Assembly (NCBI RefSeq): GCF_902459465.1
Contig: NC_047071.1
Coordinates: forward strand, 16,926,001 to 16,990,000
Length of the DNA stretch: 64,000 bases
Direction of reading: 5' to 3'
Source of the DNA: Asterias rubens
Lineage: Eukaryota
Of the stretch, positions 1-10,665 are shown piece by piece. Within the stretch, counting starts at the first letter, position 1. The number at the start of each line of letters is the position of its first letter. The notes under the pieces were generated by a model. The model worked only from the letters and a program-made list of their open reading frames with translations, ran no database searches and was not told where the DNA came from. The position numbers and the translations under genes were made by a program.

Positions 1-66
1 CGACATTCGCTGAGCAGAATTTTCTGCTAAACAGCTATATGAAATTGGTCCCTGATTAGATTACAG

Positions 67-3000
67 AGGAGCCGCGAAAGAGCTTCTCATACCCAATCCC
101 GAGAGCTCCTCAGCAAACCGTGCTTGTCATCTGAGCTCCAAGGTGTCCATGAGGCAGGTACGGACAGCCAAGAGGGTACAGGTTCATCCCTTGAGGACCG
201 TAAACGGTCAGACTCAGAAGGACCACAACCCGTGGGGGTGTTGCGACCACAAGCCCCCGGTATCTGCGGTGACGGCGGAGTGAAACGGCCTTGTCGCCGT
301 AAGCTTGGTTCGTTTGCTACAACTTTGTTACGAAGGTGAGGTCACGAGTAATGAGAGATTGGGCAACTATTAACGAAAGGCACAATTATGAGTTCGTTAA
401 ACACAGACCTACATTTTCTCAAAAATATATTTTTTTCTTTCAACGAAATATTATTACACAGTGTTGTATAAAAAGTGGTGTTTGCATATTTTTGTCCATG
501 TAGAAAGTGCGTTGTCACATAATGTGTTTCCAATTTGAGATAAATGATAACTATTCTAAATAGGGTTCCAACCAAATCCCACTTGGAATATGGGTGACAA
601 CAATCAATTTTGGCTCCCAGATTGCACACAAAGGCTCCACCCACAGACAGGCTACTGGGATTTTACAATCACTTTTTTGGTTCAACCAAGAAAAATTGAT
701 TAAAGTGGGTGTTTAAATAGTGCCTTTCAGATTACCGTTCCAGCGGTACCAACTGAGCTGTCTAGCCCCATATTGTTGATTTCCCCCCTTTTTTTTTATA
801 GACTGCCAATTTAGGATAGCAAGCTAGGCAAGCTATAGGCTCATATTTCACATTGGTTACATCTGGTTCGACTCAAGGCATTTTCTCTATTCCAGGATAC
901 TGAGTGGTGCCAAAGTAGCCCCACTTTCCAATGAGCAACAAGACGCTACTCCGCCAGCCGTCATTTGTGACGAAAACCCCTGCTGTCAAGCATGGGGTAC
1001 GGGGGAGACAGCCCCGAGAAAACATCGCGTCCGTCGGCGTAAGGCCGTTGGTGGTAGGCAGTCAGGTCGAACTGCTAGGGAATTCTCACTCAGGTATGGA
1101 CATATAAACAAGATTTAGCACATCATTTTGCAGTCTGTTGTTGAGAAAATGTGAATCACTAACTAGAAATGACCACCTCAACAATGAATGGCTTCAATCG
1201 TTTACTTTCAATAATTTTGTTCATGTTGACAAATTTAACAGCCTATACTGTTAGTAAAAATACAAATTTAAAAAAGCAGATTTAAATAGTAAGCTTCATA
1301 TAATTTTTTTGCTTGTTAATTTCGTCAGACATCGGCTTGAAATGGGAATATTTCGGCATGGTGGTCTTGGCGTTGTTTCACCGGATCATAAATATTCAGT
1401 CAGAGAGAGTGGGCAGACAACCATTGGCACGAGAGGTACCGATGAAGTAATGGTCAATGTCGAACTCTGTGATGAGAGCAATGGTCAGAATGCAACGGCC
1501 GGTGGTGATGATGCGGGTCTATCATCCACCCTGGTGGACGGGAGCCGGAGCTTTGACCACTCCGCTGAGAAAAGAAGGTAAGGTGCGCCATAAACATGGC
1601 AGTCGCACAACGCTTGATTGCTTTCCCATAAATTCCCACCAATTTGAAAATACTTTTACTAATAACTTCTAGACTGGCGCCTTTGAATGGTTCACAAGTG
1701 CTCTATTATTACTTTGATTATTATTTTCAGATCGTTGGAAATGAAGGCAACTGAATTCAAACTTAAAATGGCAAATGACATCACAAGAATTACGAACAAT
1801 GACGAAAAGAAGGAGCGACGGAAGAGAAACGACAGAGGGCTCCCTACACAAAACGCAAACGGATCAGCATCGAGTCTCAACACTAACATCACTCTTGTAA
1901 ATGATGAACACACATTAATGTGCGTTGCGGGTATGGGACATGATGACCACGAGCTTGTGGTACATGGTTCATGCAAGTCGGCTGCTGGAACGAAAACACA
2001 GCATGGCCATAGACAACCCGATCTTGCCTCCTCTTCGCCGAAATCTTCAGACGAGGAAACAATTTTTACAGAAGAGCAACCGAACGAAAATACCGTGAGT
2101 TTAACCCCCCAAAATTGCCTTTTTGGGTTTGTACAAAGACACATTGACTTGAATCTGCGCCCTTAGGACTACTAGCACTCTACCAGTTATAACCCATTAT
2201 ATTGGCAGTCAAGACCACAAACATATTCGGCTAGCTATAGCTGTAGTTTATTTGCTTTTAGATTACACAATTCCTTGTACCATGCTTATCGAATACCACT
2301 ACACATGTTTTGTTTTGTGGACACATCGCATGCACACCGCTACATTTCACTATTTTCTCTATAAACATTTGTGAGAAATCTTCTTTGATTTGTTTTCTTC
2401 AAGTCTTTCCTCTCTAAACATTTCTCTATAAATACATATCTTCAGTTGGACATAAAACCCGTTGATTTGGCAATTGAGATCAGCGAACTGTCACCAGAGG
2501 GGAGATGGCTCCGTGTGAAGACAATCACTTCACATCTGAAGAAGAGAATTGACCTTCTCACTCTCAGGAAATTCAGTAGCCAAGTGCTTCCCTTTACAAG
2601 TGACGAGGAAAGGGTAAGTGTGTGATAACGTAGTTAAATCACCTCAAGAGAGTCTGAATTTCCTAACTATTACTTCTACATTCGTATTTTATTTACCCAC
2701 CAATGGATATGTTAAAAGGTTTGTAAGCGTTAGCACTTTAAAATTGAATGACTCGATTTTGGCTGAATATTTTTAAGAAAGTTTGTCTTTGACCCATTTG
2801 GGACTGTACTCACATGAGGCTGTTTCAACACAAATTTAAACATACAAAAAATATGTATACGTTTTACCAACAGGAAATTGAAGAAAATGCTGAAAGGGCT
2901 GAGAAACTGTTGGAAGCACTACATAGATTGTCCAAAGGAGCCAGCAAAATGTAAGAATTATGACTTTGAAAAATAGTAATTTTACAGTGAATAGTGTCCA

Positions 3001-4366
3001 TGAGAGTTTACATTGACTATGCACCAACTGCTGTGATTTGGATTAGACTTCTGCAATCTAAAATAAATCCGATTGAGACATGATCTCTTTGGCCATTGTT
3101 GTCTCACAATATGGCACATGAAGTTGATGTGTAAAAACGTTCCATTAATTCTGTCCATTTTCACACAGCACAACCGAAGATAAAACCATCCAGCAAAAGT
3201 CATTATTCGAAAGGAATAAGCAAAATAAACGCCAAGACGTCAAGCCAAAGATTTGCGCTACTAAACGAATAACCCCGGTGGTTAAGGAAATCAAAGCCAC
3301 AGCATTGGGCTTTGTAAAAGAGAAACTGAATGCTGGTCGAAAAAGACCCGCCCAACAGAAGAAGAAATCACAACGACTTTCTTCAAAACCAACGGCACCG
3401 ACTATCTGTCCAACTTTAAACAGGACATACAATAAGTCGAGTAACCAGACTCAACATGGGTTTCCTTCATCACAAGTGGTGTCTTCTAGCAAGGTGGACC
3501 TAGCAGCGTTGGGCCTGCCTATACTGACAGACAACGACGTGGAGCATGTGCTGACGAAAAGAGGAACCCCGCTCAAACTTGGCTCCGGTGATTACGGGGA
3601 CGTATTCCTCATGAGGGCGGTATCAGATGTCTCTCTCATGGCCGTGAAACGCCTGACTTACGTGAACCGTAACGCACCGGATAAACGAACCGCTGACATG
3701 GTGCAGGAAATCAAAGCCATGGAAGCCGTTCGAACCTGCAAGATCTTCCCGACGTTCCTTGGGATCCTGGACAGCTTTTCCTTCGCGCAGGAGTTCGTTG
3801 GTAACCAGCAGAAGCATACTTGCTGGAGTGTATACAAACTGCTGTATAAGAGTCCCAAGGGCCCGTTTCTGCTGCCCCTGGATTGGACGAGAATCTCCCG
3901 TGACGTCACAACTGGACTGAAGGCTCTACACCGTGCTGGATGGACACACAATGACCTCCATATTGGAAACGTCATGATGTGGCGAGATCCTAAGAAACTG
4001 ACAGCGACTTGGGAAGCCAAGATCATCGATCTTGGGAAGGCATCGCTGATCAGTGATCCGCCGCCCCTCAAAACCTTTAACATGATGGAGAAACTGTATG
4101 CACAGGAGCACTGCCCCCAGATGGCCCCTGAAATCGTAGAGGGCAGGAGTCGTTACAATGTGAAGTCGGATGTCTACAGTCTTGGAGTGATATTCCACGA
4201 CATTGCTAAGCAGAACCGATTGTTGTCATGTTTTGATAGGATAGCTAAGGGCTGTGCCGTAAAGGATGCAAGCAAAAGGACAGAACTTACGTCAGTCTTG
4301 AAGGAACTCAATCGGCTTTGCTGCAAGGTTGTCAATCGAAACCGCATTAATAGACGCACAAAGTAA
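67..4366 (+). CDS. Multi-exon protein kinase gene (5' end outside window): long low-complexity N-terminus plus atypical non-RD ePK domain in the last exon
   Basis: Phase-compatible AG/GT exons 67-335, 896-1093, 1329-1577, 1731-2094, 2446-2613, 2874-2950, 3169-4366 give one open frame of 2523 nt. Kinase motifs in the last exon: LGSGDYGDV, MAVK, QEIK, HNDLHIGN, IIDLG, APE, DVYSLG. Confidence 0.85.
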
Positions 4367-4666
4367 ATGCCACAACTGCAAATGGTTTCTCTTTAGATTA
4401 ATGAACAAAACGAATGTCAAAGGTTATGTCCATGCAAACATTGAAACGTGTGAGTAGAGGGCTGTTTCTCAAAACTGTACGTTTCCAAAAACTTTACCTT
4501 GCCACCGGTCGTAGCCGGTGTGGATTGACTCTGACGTGGCATTAAAAAAGCCTATAGTGTTGGGACCGGATACAGATGAATTGTGTAAAGGTGGCCTGTC
4601 GCTCGAGCCAACATCTTTACAGGTTTGTTTTGTTATGAATGTTTGGATACACCAAGTGAGAATACT

Positions 4667-4895
4667 GGGCCCAATTTCATAGAGCTGCTAAGCACAAAAA
4701 TATGCTTAGCATGAAATTTCTGTCTTGATAAAAACAGGATTACCAGAAAAAATATATATTTGTTGCATATTGCTTGTTACTGTTTGCTTATCCTGAAAAT
4801 CACATGGAAATTTGGTTGGTAATCCTGTTGTTATCAAGGAAGAAATATCATGCTAAGCAAATGTTCGTGCTTAGCAGCTCTATAAAATTGGCCCT
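4667..4895. mobile_element. MITE with TIR GGGCCCAATTTCATAGAGCTGCTAAGCAC; related copies near 1-52, 19700-19940, 59939-60135, 61570-61740
   Basis: About 30-bp inverted termini, no coding capacity, dispersed related copies in the window. Confidence 0.7.
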
Positions 4896-5840
4896 GGTCT
4901 TTGACAATAAATACCTATCTGCATTAAAACATGAAAACAGTTATACATACAGTTATTTAACAGGAAGATTGTGGGCTTGTCAATACAAAATCATTAAACT
5001 TACATTCGACACTATCAAGTTTCTGTATCGTTATTATTAAAATTATCAGTATTATAGTCAATTGAATAATAAAAATTATCGTACAGTCTGATTAACAATA
5101 AATAATTAGGAAAACAAATAATCATGTTTGTCTCAAATCAAATATTTTGGGGATGTTTTAAACAAATATACCTACCCCAAAAAAACTTTATTCGAAACCA
5201 AAACATCTACATAATAATTACAATCAATAACACGAAGGAATTGCGAACAAACCTCAAAACGAACCGGCAGTAAAATCAATGTTTTTGCTTTAATCGCAAA
5301 AAAGCGGTAAGAAAAACTGGGATTTGCATCTTTAAATTATGAAAACTTGTTTAGTTGCTTTAGATTATGGAGTTAATTATAACAATGTGAATAAATTATC
5401 TTTTTAGCAAAAAATGCCATGTAAATCAATAAACAGTCAACAAGTCATAATCAACAAAATAACGTGTGAAATTTGTTTGTTTTTCCATGGAGTATTATGT
5501 TATGGAGAAACCATAAGTCCATTAAACCTGACAATTATTTCCATATTACTTCCATGACAACCACCGGTTCGTTTCAGAGCTAACATTATTTAAAAGAGAT
5601 TTTCACATGGTGCTCCCTCCTATCTCCACTAGCTATACTTTCACCATCCAAAGTTTCAAATCCTATTCAAGTATTTGAATCAAAGACAATCAAGTTACTG
5701 ATTGGCAACAATTAAATAATTAAATGGACGAGAAGCAAACCAGAAACAAACAAAAGGGCTGTATCAAAATGTCTGCTCACAAAAACCGACACAGTTGTCA
5801 TAACCAATGCAATTCAAGACGCACTTATTCCACAAAATAA

Positions 5841-6149
5841 TAGACCTTTCCATTGATGATAAACAAACCAAGCGGGTTGGTATGGACGGCCGAATAATGG
5901 CAAAACACTAGATCGTGCCAACTGATTTTGTTTAACAAATTCAATATTTACTGCAAACTTTCAATTCCATGTAAAACCTCCCGTGATTGTTTGCTTTGTT
6001 TCCATCAAATTCAACACAATGTTTAAAGATTGTAACATTGTCACAAACAGTAGCTATCACTTGTTATTTTTGCATTAATGGCTTCCCATAGTTTTCCCAA
6101 CATCGGTTGGCAAAAACTCGGGCTGTGCTGATGCAATAGAAAGGTCTTT
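5841..6149. mobile_element. Putative MITE (TIR AGACCTTTCCATTG / CAATAGAAAGGTCT)
   Basis: Imperfect inverted termini about 310 bp apart, just 3' of the GPCR stop codon. Confidence 0.45.
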
Positions 6150-6190
6150 TTTGCACGCGAAAATCTTACTGTGTGTATGGTTAAATAAAT

Positions 6191-7354
6191 TTACAAGCGC
6201 CAACTCCGATCTGGACAGTCCATTACACCCTCAGCCTCACCGTTGATCCCCACATTTGGATAGCCAGGGATGGTACGAAGAGAACTCATTGATGGTACTC
6301 TGCCACTTCCACTTGCCGTGTCAAACTGAAAATGTACGGGGGAGTTAGGCTCCCGAGCCCCGTGGCGTATTCCCTGGATTCCCTTCCCCCACCCCAGGGG
6401 AATCGCTCCTACGAAACGGTTACGGATATCCTCATTAAGGAAAATGTACAACATTGGTTTGATTGCTGAGTAGGCGTAGGCGTAGCATGCTATGGCTGTA
6501 TAAGAGTGGACATCTTGACGGGTTATAGCTGGTGAAAAGATACCGGAGCGGAGGAACGAGACTATGTGGTACGGCAGCCAGAGCAGAATTTGAGCGCCGC
6601 TTAGAGACGCAATGAGCAGGACCATCGATCGCGTCTGCTTGCTCCTGGGCTGGCTCTCGTCGTTCGCGGGACGCCATAAGTTACCGTTGGACTTGTAGAA
6701 GATCCACAACAGGCAAGAAAGAGTTATGCATTGTGGGATGCAGAAACATATCACAAAAGCATACAACTGGATGCCGTGGGCAACACCAGGCATATGCATT
6801 GTGCAGAACGATGCCCGGTACATTGTTTGATGGTTTGTGGTGAAGATATAAGCTGGAATCGTGAGGAGAAACGAGATTAAGCATACAGCTAGGTTTGAAG
6901 CAACTGCCGCCTTTAGGTCACGACGGCGGGCATAAGAGTTCGGTAGAGCAATGACAAGGCACTCATCAAGAGCGAGTAAGCCGACAGTGTACGCACCGAC
7001 CGTCTCCGTGAGGTGATTCACTGGGAGCAGCAGCCGGCATGCGGCATCCCCGAACGGCCAGTCCTCAAGAACGAACTCGACAGCAAAAAACGGTCCGGTG
7101 ACGACAAGCAGAACTAGGTCTACAATCGCTAGGGTGGTCAGGGGGACGTCCAACACGTTGCATGACTTGCTCCTCTTTGCCCGGAGATTGACCAAAAGTA
7201 GGCAGGCGTTACCGACAACGCCGATGAGGAGCGTGAGCACCATGACACTCGGTGCCGCGTAGCGGAGCGGTTGCTCCCGGGCGAACAGCACTGGGATGAG
7301 GGTGGGCAGCGGTGTGGACGCAGCATCATCCGATGAGGAAAAATTAGTGGACAT
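6191..7354 (-). CDS. Intronless class A (rhodopsin-like) peptide-type GPCR, galanin/allatostatin/somatostatin-receptor-like, with degenerate signalling motifs
   Basis: Seven hydrophobic segments; TM1 GN, TM2 LAIVD, ECL1 WPFG, TM3 Cys (DAACRL), ECL2 Cys (SFCTM), TM6 LWLP, TM7 KPMLY. Likely start is MSTNFSS at 7354 (N-glycosylation sequon); the ORF extends upstream to 7429. Confidence 0.9.
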   Translation of the reverse strand: MSTNFSSSDDAASTPLPTLIPVLFAREQPLRYAAPSVMVLTLLIGVVGNACLLLVNLRAKRSKSCNVLDVPLTTLAIVDLVLLVVTGPFFAVEFVLEDWPFGDAACRLLLPVNHLTETVGAYTVGLLALDECLVIALPNSYARRRDLKAAVASNLAVCLISFLLTIPAYIFTTNHQTMYRASFCTMHMPGVAHGIQLYAFVICFCIPQCITLSCLLWIFYKSNGNLWRPANDESQPRSKQTRSMVLLIASLSGAQILLWLPYHIVSFLRSGIFSPAITRQDVHSYTAIACYAYAYSAIKPMLYIFLNEDIRNRFVGAIPLGWGKGIQGIRHGAREPNSPVHFQFDTASGSGRVPSMSSLRTIPGYPNVGINGEAEGVMDCPDRSWRL

Positions 7355-8030
7355 CTTATGGCCCACTGGTACACGATGGTAAAGTTTTATATAGTTTTGT
7401 ATGGTGTAAATTCCAACACGCTGTCCCATACATCAAAGTAATTCAATTCATCGAAACTTGGAACATCAAATTCCAGATAATGAGTAGAATGTGACTGAGT
7501 GTTTAACATGAGATTGGATATAGCTTTTATACACACCACTCATTAAGTGAGTGGAGTAGGCAGATTGGTGAAGCACTATAACACCAGAGCAATGCGCCTC
7601 ATCAGACTCGGTCGTGTGGGTCAATCAAGGATTTATAACATTACACTCACTCGACTGAGTCATTAATGGCAAAGCCAATTTCAAAATCAATATGTAAATC
7701 ACACCATCGATCTGCTATTTTAATCAAATCGGCGCATCCATCTGTGTGAACGATAATCAAAAACATGGTTTTGCGTTTAAAAACACCCAATAGCAACCAT
7801 AACTATCGACATTTCCAAGTCGACATTTCTTCTCGAAATTATCCCATTGTTCATACACTGTGTACACATAATTTGAGCTAATTCCACCTCACATACTGAA
7901 TATACAAAACCCATCGGAAGGTTACCTTTTAAATTCTGACATCTGCGATCGTATAGAGTACGACCGCATGTTCCAAAACTTCGAATAGTTGCTATTCTGG
8001 GTCAACCTTTACAAATATTTTGTTACAATG

Positions 8031-8418
8031 TTAAAGACAGTGGACACTATTGGTAATTGTCAAAGCCTTCACAGTTGGTGTATCTTAACATATGCATAAA
8101 ATAAGAAACCTGTGAAAATTTGAGCTCAATTGGTCATCGAACTTGCGAGATAATAATGAAAGAAAAAAACACCCTTGTCACACGAAGTTGTGTGCATTTA
8201 GATGGTTGATTTCGAGACCTCAAGTTCTAAATCTGAGGTCTCGAAATCCAATTCGTGGAAAATTACTTTTCTCGAAAACTATGGCACTTCAGAGGGAGCC
8301 GTTTTTCACAATGTTTCATACTATCAACCTCTCCCCATTACTCGTAATACCAAGTAAGGTTTTATGCTAATAATTATTTTGACTAATAACCAATACCAAT
8401 AGTGTCCACTGCCTTTAA
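8031..8418. mobile_element. About 390-bp TTAA-flanked MITE (Kolobok-like), TIR AGGCAGTGGACACTATTGGTAATT
   Basis: ttaa-AG...CT-ttaa ends with about 25-bp TIRs; roughly a dozen full or partial copies in the window. TTAA TSD with RR/YY termini is characteristic of Kolobok elements. Confidence 0.8.
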
Positions 8419-9512
8419 GTCCTGCGATCCAAGCTTTGGACATGCCATGCAGTTGATGAAAATATTAACCAGTGTTCACTGATGATAAATGACTTCATAT
8501 TATTTCAATCGATTATGTGTAGTCGAGTTGTCTGAAGTCTAAGTGCGGGGAATATCGACCACACATTGCATGGTGGTCTCTATGATTTGCGGCATGCTGA
8601 CTCACTTACATCTTTGTCAATCAATAATTACATGCTAATTGTACGTATTGATCAGTTGGTGCGAACGTGGTGCGACCGATCTGCCGAAAAGTTACAACCT
8701 CTCTCCGTATATTGTATTGTCCCGTACTGCAAACTGCACAAATTGCCGCAACTGGGCTATGAACGTGCAGACCCTCATCAAGCTCTATATGTATCCCATT
8801 TGAGGTCCTGTGAAATTCATGCAAACAGCCAGTGGTTTGATGAAAAGAAAGAGGAACATCTATAGCATTTTTTGTGTGAAAAAACAAGGAGTTCATTATT
8901 TTGCAGACATGCAAGACTGCTTTCTCACATGAACTATGGTCAACTCAGTCAGAGAAAAACGAAATAAAAATTTCCCGCTTTTTTTCTGGCTGAATCCAAA
9001 ATTAAATCGTGTAACGTGTTTGCTGTGCAACGGACACATTATTTTTGGCTCTGAATGGAAATCGCACATGGTATAAGATAATTTCGTATTTATTGGCCTT
9101 TGTATATACAGCCTGGCTACCAATCAAGTAACAAGCGATGTCACCTGTTATTATGGTCTATAAGTCCTATATCATCTGCATTTTTGATGGCTTGAGACTC
9201 AGTAGAACGACATATTCTTCATGTGAGGTGTGGAAGCATCATCACTAGTTGTTGTTTACACATCTTCCAAAAAACTACAAACATTTTTCATAGTAGACTA
9301 AGCCGTCTTGTATTTCTGAAATAAACAATTGCATATTATGATATATTTTAGGTGGTACTTTATTCTTGTTTGCCATAACAGTCTAAAGTAAACTTTACGT
9401 ATTGGCTCAACATCAACAGGCCAACCAACTCTTTGCAAGCCATATGCGTATCTGGTAAATGAATGAGTGTATACATTTCATTTGTATGCCATCAGACTTA
9501 CTTATCAAAGGA

Positions 9513-10081
9513 TTAAAGGCAGTGGACACTATTGGTAATTACTCAAAATAATTATTAGCATAAAACCCTTCTTGGTAACGAGAAATGGGGAGAGGTTGAT
9601 AGTATAAAACGTTGTGAGAAACGGCTCCCTCTGCAGTAATGTAGTTTTCAAGAAAGAAGTCATTTTCCACGAGTTTGATTTCGAGACCTCAGGTTTGGAA
9701 TTTGAGGTCTCGAAATCAAGCATCTGCTGAAAGCACACAACTTCGTGTGACAAGGGTGCTTTTTTCTTTCATTATTATCTCGCAACTTCGACGACCGATT
9801 GAGCTCAAAATTTCACATGTATGTTATTTTATGCATATGTTGAGATACACCAACTGTGAAGGCTAGTCTTGGATAATTACAAAATTGGATAATGGATAAT
9901 TACAAAGTTCTAAACTTGAGGTCTCGAAATCAAATTACTCTCTCGAAAACTACGTCACTTCAGTGGGAGCTGTTTCTCACAATGTTTTATATTGTCAAGC
10001 TCTCCCCATTACTCGTAATCAAGAAAGGTTTAATGATGATAATTATTTTGAGTAATTACCAATAGTGTCCACTGCCTTTAA
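9513..10081. mobile_element. Composite copy of the same Kolobok-like MITE
   Basis: Both TIRs present; the interior is one near-complete copy joined to a half copy in the opposite orientation around 9870-9905. Confidence 0.75.
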
Positions 10082-10665
10082 AGAGGTACAAATTTATTCA
10101 TTACAAATATAACAGTATTAATAAACCATAAACCATAAGGGCAACCGACTGTCTTAAATTTTAAACGATTTGGGGTTGATTAAAACCAAAAATTGACTCG
10201 AGTGGGATTTGAACCAACAACTTCCTGATTAAAGTGCCATTGTCTTAGGATAATCTGTCCGCCAGAGATTCTGTTACCCCTATGGGAAATTAACATGCAC
10301 TGAAGGAGGATGATTCAAAAGAGGGTGCTATCAGAATCACAATAAATCAGCATTAAGTTGACAAATGATGACCCTTCCTGTAAATGCACAGAAACCATTT
10401 TTTTAAGCCAAACTTGAAACTTTCTCAGCTCTTGGAGCGCTTTTTATGTAAGGAAAGTTTCTCACCAGGCCTGTATGCTTCGTCTGTAAAAGGGAAGGGC
10501 ACCAAGGGATTTTCTCCTTGGTAAAGGGCGAGGAAATTGTAAATTTCTACTTGAGCTTTCAAGGGCATCAAGGTAATGGGGGCCTGCCTCACTCTGTCTT
10601 TTGATGAATAAACTTGAATACTATTTTGTAGTAGTTTTGATAGGGATTCTTCCAGAGAAATCACT

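Noticed and set aside
8450-8545. C/D-like boxes (TGATGA...CTGA)
   Set aside because: C boxes lack the purine prefix, the region is not intronic in a supported gene, and there is no recognisable guide.
10425-10664. 79-aa ORF after the HACD3 stop
   Set aside because: Lies in the presumptive 3' UTR with no recognisable motifs or splice link.
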